Shown here: positions 24,415 through 37,220 of the stretch, piece after piece
How positions within the stretch are numbered: the stretch's first letter is position 1
Layout of the letters: each line of letters begins with the position of its first letter
Assembly: GCF_001194135.2 (NCBI RefSeq)
Contig: NC_068986.1
Span: forward strand, 109,016,240 to 109,071,377
DNA from: Octopus bimaculoides
Taxonomy: Eukaryota
Reading direction: 5' to 3'
DNA length: 55,138 nt
Program-made: the position numbers and the translations under genes
The notes under the pieces: generated by a model
The model's database searches: none
The model's input: only the letters and a program-made list of their open reading frames with translations
Told to the model about the DNA's origin: nothing

Positions 24415-25839
24415 NNNNNNNNNNNNNNNNNNNNNNNNNNNNNNNNNNNNNNNNNNNNNNNNNNNNNNNNNNNNNNNNNNNNNNNNNNNNNNNNNNNNNN
24501 NNNNNNNNNNNNNNNNNNNNNNNNNNNNNNNNNNNNNNNNNNNNNNNNNNNNNNNNNNNNNNNNNNNNNNNNNNNNNNNNNNNNNNNNNNNNNNNNNNNN
24601 NNNNNNNNNNNNNNNNNNNNNNNNNNNNNNNNNNNNNNNNNNNNNNNNNNNNNNNNNGTGTGTGTGTGTGTGCGTGTTTGTCCTCCATCTTTGCTTGACA
24701 ACGATTGTTAGTGTGTTTATACATCCATAACTTAGTGGTTTGGCAAAAGAGACTGATAGAATAAGCACCAGGCTTTAAAAAAATGAGTACTGGGGTTGAT
24801 GCATTCAACTAAAAGTTCTTCAAGATGATGCCCCAGTATGGCCACAGTCTAATGAATGAATTGGACAGGTATGTAACTCAGTGTGTGTGTGTGTGTGTAT
24901 TTATATATATTTGGGTGTGTGCTTCAATTACATGTGCTTTAATTGTACCTTGTGTGTGTGTATGCTAGGTTTATTCAGAATTATTGATCTCATCCTCTAC
25001 ATGGATTGGGGGACCATATCCTACAAACATATTTCTTTGTGGCATGGATTCTATGGCTGAATATCCTTCCTCGCACCATCCGATTTACAAAGTATACTGG
25101 AGGTATTTTATTCTGGCACCAACATCAGAGCGGTTGCTCTGTCCCTGACTATAGGGTCCTCCCAGCCATCAGTTGTCCCTGTTCAATGGAACATAAGGGA
25201 GTCAGGGGTGAGAGAAGAGAAAATGATGGCAGAGAGAAAACCAGGTTGAGGGTGCGAGAAAAGAGAAAGTAAGAAAGGAGAACCAGAGTGAAAAGAGCAA
25301 GAATGTGATAGAGAGAAAAACGGATGAGATTGCGAAATGGTTAATAATAAAGACGAGTGATAGTAGTGGTGATTGAATATGATCAGAAAGAAAGCCATAC
25401 TTCATTACACAGGCATCATGATGTAAGAGACAGAGTAATAATAAATGGACATAGTGAGACGGGAGACAAAATGATGGTGGTAGATGATGAATCATATGCT
25501 AACATTTCACTCACACAAATACATTGAGCAATATATTGGTATCATATGAAATGACATTACACACACACATCATCATCATCATCATCATCATTTTAACATT
25601 CATTTTTTCCATGCAAGCATGGGTCAGATGGAATTCGCTGAGATAGATTTTCTGCAGCTGATGCCCTTCCTGCTGCCAACAGTAACACCTATTTCCAAGT
25701 AAGATAATAATACCCCTTGGCCAAATATGGTTTTTTTTCATGGAAGACTTGAACAAACAACAATGCTTGTATGACAATGATGCTCATTTAAAACGATCAC
25801 ATGATGTCAACACATGGAGGCATTAACACAATCACTCAC

Positions 25840-25840
<1 letters not shown>

Positions 25841-25882
<42 letters not shown>

Positions 25883-25915
25883 TGATGATAATAATAATGA
25901 TAATAATAATAATTC
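25841..25915. repeat. (TAA)n microsatellite
   Basis: Direct reading. Confidence 0.95.
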
Positions 25916-26620
25916 GTTGAGTCATTCACAAACTTTCATATAAGAACATAAACTAAAAACTCCTTTAAAAAATACAAAATCACAATAATTTCAATGTCAT
26001 GATTAGCAAAAGTGAAACCGGTCGACAACCACAATACTCTTTTATTTAAAATATATTAAAACTNNNNNNNNNNNNNNNNNNNNNNNNNNNNNNNNNNNNN
26101 NNNNNNNNNNNNNNNNNNNNNNNNNNNNNNNNNNNNNNNNNNNNNNNNNNNNNNNNNNNNNNNNNNNNNNNNNNNNNNNNNNNNNNNNNNNNNNNNNNNN
26201 NNNNNNNNNNNNNNNNNNNNNNNNNNNNNNNNNNNNNNNNNNNNNNNNNNNNNNNNNNNNNNNNNNNNNNNNNNNNNNNNNNNNNNNNNNNNNNNNNNNN
26301 NNNNNNNNNNNNNNNNNNNNNNNNNNNNNNNNNNNNNNNNNNNNNNNNNNNNNNNNNNNNNNNNNNNNNNNNNNNNNNNNNNNNNNNNNNNNNNNNNNNN
26401 NNNNNNNNNNNNNNNNNNNNNNNNNNNNNNNNNNNNNNNNNNNNNNNNNNNNNNNNNNNNNNNNNNNNNNNNNNNNNNNNNNNNNNNNNNNNNNNNNNNN
26501 NNNNNNNNNNNNNNNNNNNNNNNNNNNNNNNNNNNNNNNNNNNNNNNNNNNNNNNNNNNNNNNNNNNNNNNNNNNNNNNNNNNNNNNNNNNNNNNNNNNN
26601 NNNNNNNNNNNNNNNNNNNN

Positions 26621-26655
<35 letters not shown>

Positions 26656-27069
26656 CATATCTGCTGAGTGGTCAGTGTTAGGAAGGGCATCCAGCTGTAA
26701 AAACCTTGCCAAAACTGACCTTGCCTGTGCTTGTGCCACGTAAAAGGCATTAAGTCCACTCTGCAGAGTGGTTGGTGTTAGAAAGAGCATCCAACTGTAA
26801 AAATCCTACCAAAACAGTTGCAGAAGTCTGCTTGGCCAGCTCCTGTCAAACCATCCCACCCATGGTAGCATGGAAGGCAGACATTAAACGATGATGATAG
26901 AATTCTTTCAGTTTCCATCAACTAAATCCATTCACAAGATTTTGGTTGACTTGTGGCTGTAGTAGAAGACACCTACCCAAGGTGCCATTCAACTAGACTG
27001 AACCCCAAATCATGCTGTTGTGAAACAAATGTCTTAACCACACACCTATGCATGTGCTCTTATATACTG

Positions 27070-27285
27070 GTTCAAAATTTTGGCACAAAGCCAGTAACTC
27101 CAGGGGGTGGGGCTAAGTCATTTACATCAACCCTTGTGCTCAACTGGTACTTATTTTATCAACCCCAAAAGGATGAAAGGCAAAGCTGACCTCAGCTGAA
27201 TTTGAACTCAGAATGTAAAGATGGATGAAATGCTGCTAAGAACTTTTCCTGGTGTGCTAACGATTCTGCCAAGTTCACCACTTTG
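27070..27285 (-). mobile_element. SINE-C, decayed
   Basis: GGATGAAAGGCAAAGCTGACC...TTTGAACTCAGA; CpGs decayed. Confidence 0.75.
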
Positions 27286-27297
27286 TGCTCTTATCTA

Positions 27298-27735
27298 TTG
27301 GAGTGGCTGTGTGGTAAGTAGCTTGCTTGTCAATCACATGGTTCCGGTTTCAGTCCCACTGTGTGGCACCATGGGCAAGTGTCTTCTACTATTGCCTCGG
27401 GCCAACCAAAGCCTTGTGAGTGGATTTGGTAGACAGAAACTGAAAGAAGCCTGTTGTGTGTGTGTGTGTGTGCTTGTGTGTGTATGTGTGTGCTTGTGTG
27501 TGTATGTGTGTGTGTGTGTGTGTGTGTGCGTGCGTGTGTGCTTCTGTGTTTGTCCCCACAACATCACTTGACAACTGATGCTGGTGTGTTTATGTCCCCG
27601 TAACTTAGCAGTTCAACAAAAAGAGGCCAATTGAATAAGTACCAAGCTTACAAAGAATAAATTTTGGGGTCGATTTGCTCGATTAAAGGCAGTGCTCCAG
27701 CATGGCCACAGTCAAATGACTGAAACAAATAGAAA
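27298..27735 (+). mobile_element. SINE-AB complete (ungapped)
   Basis: A head + (TG)n + B tail contiguous. Confidence 0.9.
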
Positions 27736-27774
27736 GAATTTTAAAAAATGAATATATATAAGCCACGTGAGATC

Positions 27775-28065
27775 ATAGCCGTGCCCAATGCCAGTGTCAC
27801 ATAACCAACCCATTTAAGAGTACCGTTCAATCATTGAGCAATATGCTGTGCTTGAGAAGACCCGTTGAGTCAAGTGAAATTGTTGTCGTGGTCGATGCCA
27901 GTGCAGCCTGACAGGCACCCACTACACTCTCGGAGTGGTTGGCATTAATTAATCCAGGAGTGGAAACATTACCAGATCAGACTGGAGTCTGGTGCAGCCT
28001 CTGAGTCAAACTATCCAACCCATGCCAGCATGGAAAGTGGACGTTAAACAATGATGATGATGATA
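27775..28065 (+). mobile_element. Repeat D
   Basis: AAGACCCGTTGAGTCAAGTGAAAT...GGACGTTAAACAA(TGA)n. Confidence 0.75.
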
Positions 28066-28077
28066 TATATATATATT

Positions 28078-28545
28078 AAGGCAGTGAGCTGGCAGAATCA
28101 TTAGCATGCCGGGTGAAATGCTTAGCGATATTTCGTCTGTCTTTATGTTCTGAGTTCAAATTCTGCCAAGGTTGACTTTGCCTTTCATCCTTACGTGGTC
28201 GATAAATTAAGTACCAGTAACGTACTGGGGTCAATCTAATCGACTTAATCCCTTTGTTTGTCTTTGCCTGTCCCCTCTATGTTTAGCCCCATGTGGGCAA
28301 TAAAGAAAGAAATATTTATTACTTCAAAGGGAGCAAGCTGGCAGAAGCGCTAGAACACCAGGCGAAATGCTTAGTGCTATTTTGTCTGTCTTTACATTCT
28401 GAGATCAAATTCCATCGAGGTCGATTTTGCCTTTCATCCTTTCGGGGTCGATAAATTAAGTACCAGTTGCATACTGGAGTCGATCTAATCGACTAGCCAC
28501 CCCTCCCCCAAAATTTCGGGTCTTGTGCCTAGAGTAGAAAAGGAC
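28078..28545 (+). mobile_element. Two tandem SINE-C copies with different 3' tails
   Basis: 28078-28312 ends ...GGGCAATAAAGAAA; 28325-28545 ends ...GTGCCTAGAGTAGAAAAG. Confidence 0.85.
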
Positions 28546-28623
28546 ACATATATATATGTGATGAGATCCACAATCATAAAACTGAAGATTTGAGAATTCT
28601 TTTGGTATTTATTATTTTCTCAG

Positions 28624-28677
28624 TCAATGAAATACTCATTAACAAAAACGTAGCCATAGTGTTTCTCTGGAAATATG
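28624..28677 (+). CDS. Candidate 54-nt internal exon (unknown gene)
   Basis: TTTATTATTTTCTCAG|...AAATATG|GTGAGG; symmetric phase-1 open frame (x)NEILINKNVAIVFLWKY; no homology recognised. Confidence 0.3.
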
Positions 28678-28734
28678 GTGAGGAAATGTTACAATGTCAC
28701 AATGACATTGCTGCAGCAGTTGATATTTCTAGCA

Positions 28735-29285
28735 GTCTATAAACTTCCTCATTTCACTTCTTTCCAGTCTTTGCACATCCTCTATATACAGTAGTAATGT
28801 TTCACTACAAAGCCACATTCTTCTCCATACACAAGCATCATACAACCTACCCTTTGCATGAAGAGAAAGAGAGAGAGAATTCCTCCATTGCCAACAGGGG
28901 TAACAGTTCCCTGAACTTTTTCCACACTGTCCTGAATCTAGCTTCTATACTTTCACATCACACACTTCTAGGGTTCATCAGGTCAGCTAAGTAACAGAAA
29001 TTATTAACTTTTCTGTAGGCTTTGGAGCATTTATAGAAATATTATTTAACGGGAGCCATCTTACTATTAATTTCTCCTCTGTATCTTACACGAAGTCTCC
29101 CTTCTCAGTCAGCCTGTCTCTGATTCCACTACATCCATTATGAATCCAAAGTTCATATTGGAAATGTTGCATGGAAGTGGTATCAATTTGTTTCCAGCAT
29201 ATTGAACAAGGACACTGCCTGGATAGCTGTAGGGGCCTGTTTCCTTTCCCATTGCCAGCTGAAACTTTGTCTTTGTTAAACTGTA
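28735..29285 (-). mobile_element. Decayed RTE LINE fragment
   Basis: CPCSICWKQ...LWIHNGCSGIRDRLTEKGDFV, then ARFRTVWKKFRELLPLL...KGRLYDACV...SET...EDVQRLER. Confidence 0.85.
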
Positions 29286-29501
29286 TCAGTGTGTGCATGT
29301 GTGCTTGTGTGTGTATGTGTGAGTGTATATATTCACATGTGTGCATATATGTATGTGTACATATCTATATATACACATGTATGTAAGTACACACAGACAT
29401 GCATATATATGTATGAATATAGACACATACACGTATAGATATATATGCATATACACACATATATAATGGTCACTGAATTGGTATTAAGTGATATACATCA
29501 T

Positions 29502-29563
<62 letters not shown>

Positions 29564-29874
29564 AACAGTAGTCAGTATGTTGGAATGAAGCAATGTCCCC
29601 GATTATTGCACATACACAAATGCGCACTTCATTAGCAATGTGTTAGAATAATAAAGTACAGCAAAATTGTGTATATACATGTTGTATATGTATCTATGCG
29701 TAAGTGTTGTGAGTGAATGTGTGTGTATTTTTGCGCATGTGTGCAACGGTGAAACGTTATATCTGCACGCAATATGTGTATGTGTATATACATACCATGT
29801 ATAGCTGTTTTTGAACAGTAGAGTGCCAACTATATATCTAAACACACAGAACACTCTACCATGGACGCACGCAC

Positions 29875-30027
29875 ACACACACATACACATATACACACAC
29901 ATACACATATACACACACATACACATATACACACACATACACATATACACACACATACACATATACACACACATTCACATATACACACATACAAACACAC
30001 ATACACATATACACACACATACACATA
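29875..30027. repeat. 18-bp minisatellite (ACATACACATATACACAC)n
   Basis: About 6 near-perfect units before the gap. Confidence 0.85.
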
Positions 30028-30553
30028 NNNNNNNNNNNNNNNNNNNNNNNNNNNNNNNNNNNNNNNNNNNNNNNNNNNNNNNNNNNNNNNNNNNNNNNNN
30101 NNNNNNNNNNNNNNNNNNNNNNNNNNNNNNNNNNNNNNNNNNNNNNNNNNNNNNNNNNNNNNNNNNNNNNNNNNNNNNNNNNNNNNNNNNNNNNNNNNNN
30201 NNNNNTAAAATACAAACACAAACACAGCAGTGACATTACTAAGAAATATTACTGGAAAACGGCTGCCGGCATACGCGAGCACAAGCACACATGCAGCAGA
30301 CACATAACAACACACATCTGCTGTCATACACACACACACACACACACACACACAAGCCTGCTTGATCTGAGATGACCTGGAGCAACACACAAACACACAC
30401 GCGCTATAGTGACGCTCCATATAAAAGTAGAACATACACAGACACACCTACGAACCAACACACAGCAACACTGCAATAAACCTTGCATAGACACACATAC
30501 ACAAGGTGCAATGAAAGAACATGTAATTGAAGCACACACCCAAATATATATAA

Positions 30554-30591
<38 letters not shown>

Positions 30592-31011
30592 AGTTACATA
30601 CATTATATATTAAACAAGTACATACACTCAGATATGTCAAAAATGGTGACATCATTTATAAATCAACACCAACACAACCCATTTGGAAATCCCCTGGCAC
30701 AACAAGGAAGTCTAATTTGCTAGAAACAGCAGCCCCTGAATCGCTGCCGATCATCTTAGATAAGGAAATACACAGGATCATACTGTCTGATGCACGCAGA
30801 CAGAAAAAAACTCAATGGTCACAGCTGGGATATATTATATTATAACTCTGCTCAATCAGGGTAGACATGAGACAAACCAATAGCAACAACAACAACAACA
30901 TTAAACAAACAACTCATGTCAAGGACACTGACTTTACACGGTTGGTTGACCTGCTAGAAACAGCGGCCAAATCTCCTTTAAATGAATCTGCTTTAAATAC
31001 AGTAAAGACAC

Positions 31012-31258
31012 ATCATCATCGTTTAACGTCCGCTTTCCATGCTAGCATGGGTTGGACGATTTGACTGAGGACTGGCGTACCAGATGGCTACACCAGGCTC
31101 CAATCTGATTTGGCAGAGTTTCTACAGCTGGATGCCCTTCCTAATGCCAACCACTCTGAGAGTGTAGTGAGTGCTTTTATATGCCACCGGCATGAAGGCC
31201 AGTCACGCGGTACTGGCAACAGCCATGCTCAAAATGGTGTATTTTACGTGCCACTGGA
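31012..31258 (-). mobile_element. Repeat D
   Basis: CATCATCATCGTTTAACGTCCGCTTTCCATGCTAGC...; CpGs partly retained. Confidence 0.85.
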
Positions 31259-31944
31259 TAACATATAACATAACCCTAAATACACCAACATACAACATAA
31301 AAATATGATGGAATGGTCACTGTTGGAATGTCTTTGATCATAAATCTGCTTAAACCTGGAAGACGCAGCGCTGAGCAGAAACAATTATAAACCCAACAAC
31401 AGTCATACATAGAAACAGTAGGTACGAAGAGTGAACAAGACTACATCCATTAGATATGACATTTGGATGTATGAAGAGGAGGAGAATGAATGGGAGACAT
31501 GACACCACCCACTGCTTGTTGTATCCTTTCAGAGAATGTCAAAGCTTGCCAGCCAAAATTTTACTACTGGTTCAATATTGATCAAAGAATATCATTCACA
31601 GATCTCCTGAAACTGCTTTTACAATATAAAACCAGTCATTTTAAATTGCTCATGTTTAAACTCAGGCAATCCTTTGTAATTTCATGTCAGAACAATAATG
31701 TCAATTTATGCTTCAAACACCAACTTCACAAGCAAATGAAGGAAGAACCTCTATATGGCCGCTCAACATGCTATAAATAGTAGCTAAATCTCCCTCAAAA
31801 GGTTATACTAGATAAATGTATTTCTGGTTACACTGAATGGTGTAAAAAAATGAATGATGGGACAGTCATGTCTGGAACAGTCATTGAGCTGTTGGATGAC
31901 AGCTAACTGGAAACTAACACAACAACAACAACACCAACCAATAT

Positions 31945-32322
31945 ATTCTTTCATTCTTTTACTTGCTTCAGCCATTTGACTGTGGCCATGCTGGAGCACT
32001 GCATTGAGGGGTTTTAGTTGAACAAATTGATCTCAGGACTTATTTTTTAAGCCGAGTACTTATTCTATCAGTTCTTTTGCTGAACTGCTAAGTCAAAGGG
32101 ACATAAACACAGCAACACTGGTTGTCAAGTGATGGGGAGATAAACACAGACACAAAATCACACACAGATATCATCATCATTTAACGTCCGCTTTCCATGC
32201 TAGCATGGGTTGGACGATTTGACTGAGGACTGGCGAGCCAGAAGGTTGCACCAGACTCCAATCTAATCTGACAGAGTTTCTACAGCTGGATGCCCTTCCT
32301 AATGCCAACCATTCTGAGAGTG
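31945..32322 (-). mobile_element. SINE-AB B half (almost fully CpG-decayed) followed by Repeat D
   Basis: Direct match to other copies. Confidence 0.8.
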
Positions 32323-32371
<49 letters not shown>

Positions 32372-33489
32372 NNNNNNNNNNNNNNNNNNNNNNNNNNNNN
32401 NNNNNNNNNNNNNNNNNNNNNNNNNNNNNNNNNNNNNNNNNNNNNNNNNNNNNNNNNNNNNNNNNNNNNNNNNNNNNNNNNNNNNNNNNNNNNNNNNNNN
32501 NNNNNNNNNNNNNNNNNNNNNNNNNNNNNNNNNNNNNNNNNNNNNNNNNNNNNNNNNNNNNNNNNNNNNNNNNNNNNNNNNNNNNNNNNNNNNNNNNNNN
32601 NNNNNNNNNNNNNNNNNNNNNNNNCAGGAAATGGTTTAATGCCACCACGCTACTGTCCCAGTTGATATTTCTAACTTCTTACCTAATCAGAACTTACCGA
32701 AGATCTAAAATTTTGTGTATTTGTAGTTATTCAGTCTCAATCCAAACTTGATTGGGATGGTCATGTGGTGGCTATCTCATCTTTTATGGCAGGAATAGTG
32801 TATCTAGGACTACATTATTCAATGTATCCTACCTTTTTGTGTGACAGTAAGGAGTGATTTAAGAGAGATTTGACCGCTGTACTCAAAGCAGTGTAGAGAG
32901 TCCATCATTTGGATTCAGAGATAAGCTTAATTGTCACCAATCTGGTGAAGAAGTCTCTGCAGGTTTGTTTAAACTGCTAAAAAGAGCAACCAAATCTTTC
33001 ACAAATGACACATGCCACTGTCCTAAAATTGGTCAAATATGACAGCAGAATATGTAGAGCATTAAACAAGCTATGTTGTAGTGTTTGATTCTAGCCTTTT
33101 ACACTTGAGTTCAATCTCACTCAGAGGTTTACTTCGTCTTTGATCCTTCTGGGAGAGACAAATCCAACCTGCTGGAAATAGCAGCCTAATATCTCTCTAA
33201 TCAAATACTACTGTTAAAAAAAAAGTGTTGGCTTGAACCTTGGGAAAAGATAGGATGATAAACAACAACAACAACAAAGCCTCTATGTTATTTGTTTGCT
33301 GAAAATAACAGTCAAAGATCTCTCATGTCACACTTTACTGTCTTAAAAAAGGAAGGACACGTTGGATAAGGTAGACCTAGATACACTATGCTACTAAATA
33401 AGACATTGTGAATTTCTCGTGTCAAATTTATGACAATCAACTATTTTACTGTCAATGAGGTTGGCCTTGTTCAGGGAATATGGAGAGAA

Positions 33490-33830
33490 CATCTTGTGTA
33501 TGGCGTCAGAATCTGGACTGTGAAGGAACTTCAAGATTGCACTAACGGTACATACAACACCAGACTGCTTATGAGGGCTCAACACATCTCAGAGATTAAG
33601 GATAAAACTGAAAAGGAGATTTGTCGACACATTCCACTCACATCTGCTGTTGCTGTTTGAGTTGTGATAAACTTTACTGATCACCTGGTCGTAATGAAGG
33701 CTGTGTTTTGGATGCCTCAACACCCTAATAAGAGGGCAAACACCTTTCAACAAATGTTGATGTTATTGGCAGACACACACAACAGAAAAATGACTCATGC
33801 CAGCATGGAAAAATACAACAAAAACAGATG
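33490..33830 (+). mobile_element. Decayed RTE-type LINE 3' fragment (second family)
   Basis: LVYGVRIWTVKELQDCTNGTYNTRLLMRAQHIS resembles LLYGSETWT...DGTYTRLLMRAQNISW. Confidence 0.7.
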
Positions 33831-34384
33831 CTCATATTATATACTGCATATATGCATACATAAATACATACATGCATACATTACATAGAGAGAGAGACAG
33901 ACAGACATGTATGTCTATTTTCACATCTACCTATATATACATGCACACACACATGTCCATGGAAGTGTATGTGTCTGCATGTGTGCATACTTATGTATAC
34001 ACATGCATATAAATATTGCATATAAACGTATCTCATGTGACTTTTGCATACAAATTTATTCAGAACCATGCAGTGTCAGTAAACTTTAATTATTTATTCC
34101 CAGTTGTCAACCATGGAAATTTCTTTACGCCTGTAAAAAATTCATCTACATTATTCATAAAATGTTGTTGGTAACCGATTTCTGAAAAACCTTTAATGTG
34201 AACCGAAACAAGTTGTCCATGTTCAATTGAAGCTGCTCAAGTTTCTAGGTCTTATCCATGGATTGTCTTTTCACAAGAGGATTAAAGGGATTATGTTTAT
34301 TAAATATATCATATATCACTTTTGCATACAGATTAATTAAATATATTACACATTATTTATGTATTATGCATGTTTATGTATAAC

Positions 34385-34790
34385 AAAGGTATGTTGGTAG
34401 TTGATTTATGTACAAAGTGCAATGTTGCATGGCAGTGAAATATAAGAAGTTAAAGACAGTGAGCTGGTAGAAACGTTAGCACACACCGGGTGAAATGCTT
34501 AGCGGTATTTTGTCTGTCTTTACATTCTGAGTTCAAATTCCACCAAGGTCAACTATGCCTTTCATCCTTTCAGGGTTGATAAATTAATTACCAGTTGCGT
34601 ACTGGGGGATATGTGATCTAATTGACTACCCCCACCCCCGCTCCCCCAAAATTTCAGGCCTTGTGCCTAGAGTAGAAAAGAAATATAGGAAGTAATGCGG
34701 AGGTTGTGTGGAAGTTTGAAAGAAATGAGACAAACACTGCTGGATGTGTGATGTCAGACTAAGAAACAAATTGAGAAAAAGATTTTTTTA
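34385..34790 (+). mobile_element. RTE fragment interrupted by SINE-C
   Basis: GCAATGTTGCATGGCAGTGAAA ... GAAAGAAATGAGACAAAC flank the SINE. Confidence 0.6.
34451..34679 (+). mobile_element. SINE-C full length with 14-bp TSD
   Basis: GAAATATAAGAAGT (34437-34450) / GAAATATAGGAAGT (34680-34693), 1 mismatch. Confidence 0.9.
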
Positions 34791-37183
34791 TAAAAAAATC
34801 AGGGAATAAAAAGCACCAAAAAAACTGTTTATGGAGGCTGAGAGTTGGATAAAGATGAACTAGATGGTCCAAGATGATCATTTTCCAAAGATCTTATTAG
34901 TACAGAAGACAAGATGAGAAAATAAACAGGATTCTTAATGGTGATCCTGGAAGCTTACTTCTGTTGTTCTTAAAGCAATTTCTTGGTGCAATGTCTCTGG
35001 CGTATCACTCAATACTGGTGCTTCTCATAAACAATATTGTGACTGAGATAAGAGAGTGAGGACGACAACTTTCATTAAATAAAACTGCAACATTTTGGCT
35101 ACATTATCAGGGATGAGAACCATTGTGGCCACAAACACAGGGGCTGGAAGGACAGGAAATGGGTTTGCTGGAGATAAAGTCTAAGTCTGGAAGAAGACAT
35201 CAAGACCTGATGAGGGAGGAACCTGCAGGCCGAGGACTGCAGTGTGTAGCAAGACGAGGTGGTGATGGTGATGGGGGTCAGCCTCTAACCTTCAGTCATG
35301 GCAACATTCTGTTAAGGTTGTCTTCACCTTTTGTCCTTTTGGGGTTGATAAAATAAGTACCAGTCAGACACACGGGTCAGTGTAATCAACTTAGCCCCTC
35401 CCCGAAATTGCTGGCCTTGTGTCAAAATATGAAACCATTTTGTTGTTTCTCAAATCATTCAAACAAGAGAAATCCTACGATTGACAACCAAGCAGGCAGG
35501 TAACCCACTGTCTACACAGTTCCCAGTCTAGACACAAAAACTGGGACATGTAGAATGTCCCCAATACTTAAACACACACAACAGGCAGGAGTGAAGTAAT
35601 CTATGGTGACCACACAATATGTCTAACGAGTTGTTGTTGTTGTTTAGTACCCCAATTCAACCATGACAGAGCAGCATAGTTGACATCAAAGTTGTCCCAA
35701 CCATGACTGCCTCATTCTGGGAGCTTCTCCCCCACTTATTTTAAGTCACAAGGATGTTTATCTGACGGAAATTTGGCTGCTGTTTCTAACATGTGAAGCA
35801 ACCTTGTAGAATCTCCCACCCTGTAGGCATAGGCTACACAGGATGAGTTTGAGTTTGACACCACTGACCTCTTGTAGTACAACTCATCAGGACACTTAAC
35901 TGGCTTAATAATCCAATAGCCAAGTGAATTGAAATGACCAAGCCAGTCTGGCCTGACATTCAACTTATTCTGAGTGACTTCTCCAGAACAACCACAGACA
36001 GAACCAGTAACCAGACACGCCCTGTTGATTCTTCGCCTGCTTTCATTGACACACACACACACATATGTAGAAAGGCTGGTATATCCAAGAGAAGAGTACA
36101 AAGAAGAGTACACCAATAGTCAGTACTCGGGGGTTTCTTGCAATAGGCAATGTCACAGCCAATCTCTTACTAGCTTCGGTCATTAGACTGTGGCCATACT
36201 GGAGCGACACTTCAAAGCATCTTCGGTCAAATGAACCAACCCCAGTACTTCAATTTTTTTTCTTTTCTTTTTAAGCCCGATACTTATTTCATCAGTCTCT
36301 TTTACCTCACCACCAAGTCATGGGAACATAAACACATCAACACCGGTTGTCGAGTTGTGGCGGGGAACACACACATATATGATAGGCTTCTTCCAATTTC
36401 TGTCCACCAAATCTACTTACAAGGCTTTTGTTGCCCCCATGGTTATAGTAGAAGACACTTGACTAAGGTGTCATGCAATAAGACTGAACCCAGAATCATG
36501 TGATTGAGAAGGAAACCTCTTACCACACAGCCATGCCTGTGACATCATATATATACGGGTGGGGGAGGGGGCTGAGAGGTTAAGAAGCTTGCTTTCCTAC
36601 TCTGTGGTTTGGGGTTCAGTCCCAATGCACAGCACTTTAAGCATGTGCCATTTTCTATAGTCAAAGCCTTGTGAGTGGATTTCACTGACAGAAATTTAAT
36701 GAAGCTTGTCAATATATAAATAGACACACACACACACACAGGTATGTATATGGAGGGGATGCTTCGCAACATGTAATGGTTGTAAATGAGCATCACCCTC
36801 ATACAAGCAGCACCACTCGTTTCTGGTCCTCAGTGCAAAACATGTCCGGGCATGGGGGAAATACTACTTTGCTAGGAAATAAGAGTTGGCGACAGGAAAG
36901 GCATCCAGCTATAAAAAAAAAATCTGCCTCAACGNNNNNNNNNNNNNNNNNNNNNNNNNNNNNNNNNNNNNNNNNNNNNNNNNNNNNNNNNNNNNNNNNN
37001 NNNNNNNNNNNNNNNNNNNNNNNNNNNNNNNNNNNNNNNNNNNNNNNNNNNNNNNNNNNNNNNNNNNNNNNNNNNNNNNNNNNNNNNNNNNNNNNNNNNN
37101 NNNNNNNNNNNNNNNNNNNNNNNNNNNNNNNNNNNNNNNNNNNNNNNNNNNNNNNNNNNNNNNNNNNNNNNNTATATATATAC

Positions 37184-37220
<37 letters not shown>

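Noticed and set aside
34040-34330. 13-bp direct repeat ACTTTTGCATACA around a 48-codon minus frame
   Set aside because: No poly(A) tail or recognisable element; compatible with chance in AT-rich DNA.
34958-35250. Minus-strand exon with good splice sites; CTGATGA at 35207
   Set aside because: Stops in all frames from the strong acceptor; the plus strand reads as an old RTE remnant (KLQHFGYIIR); no GAAA for a hammerhead.
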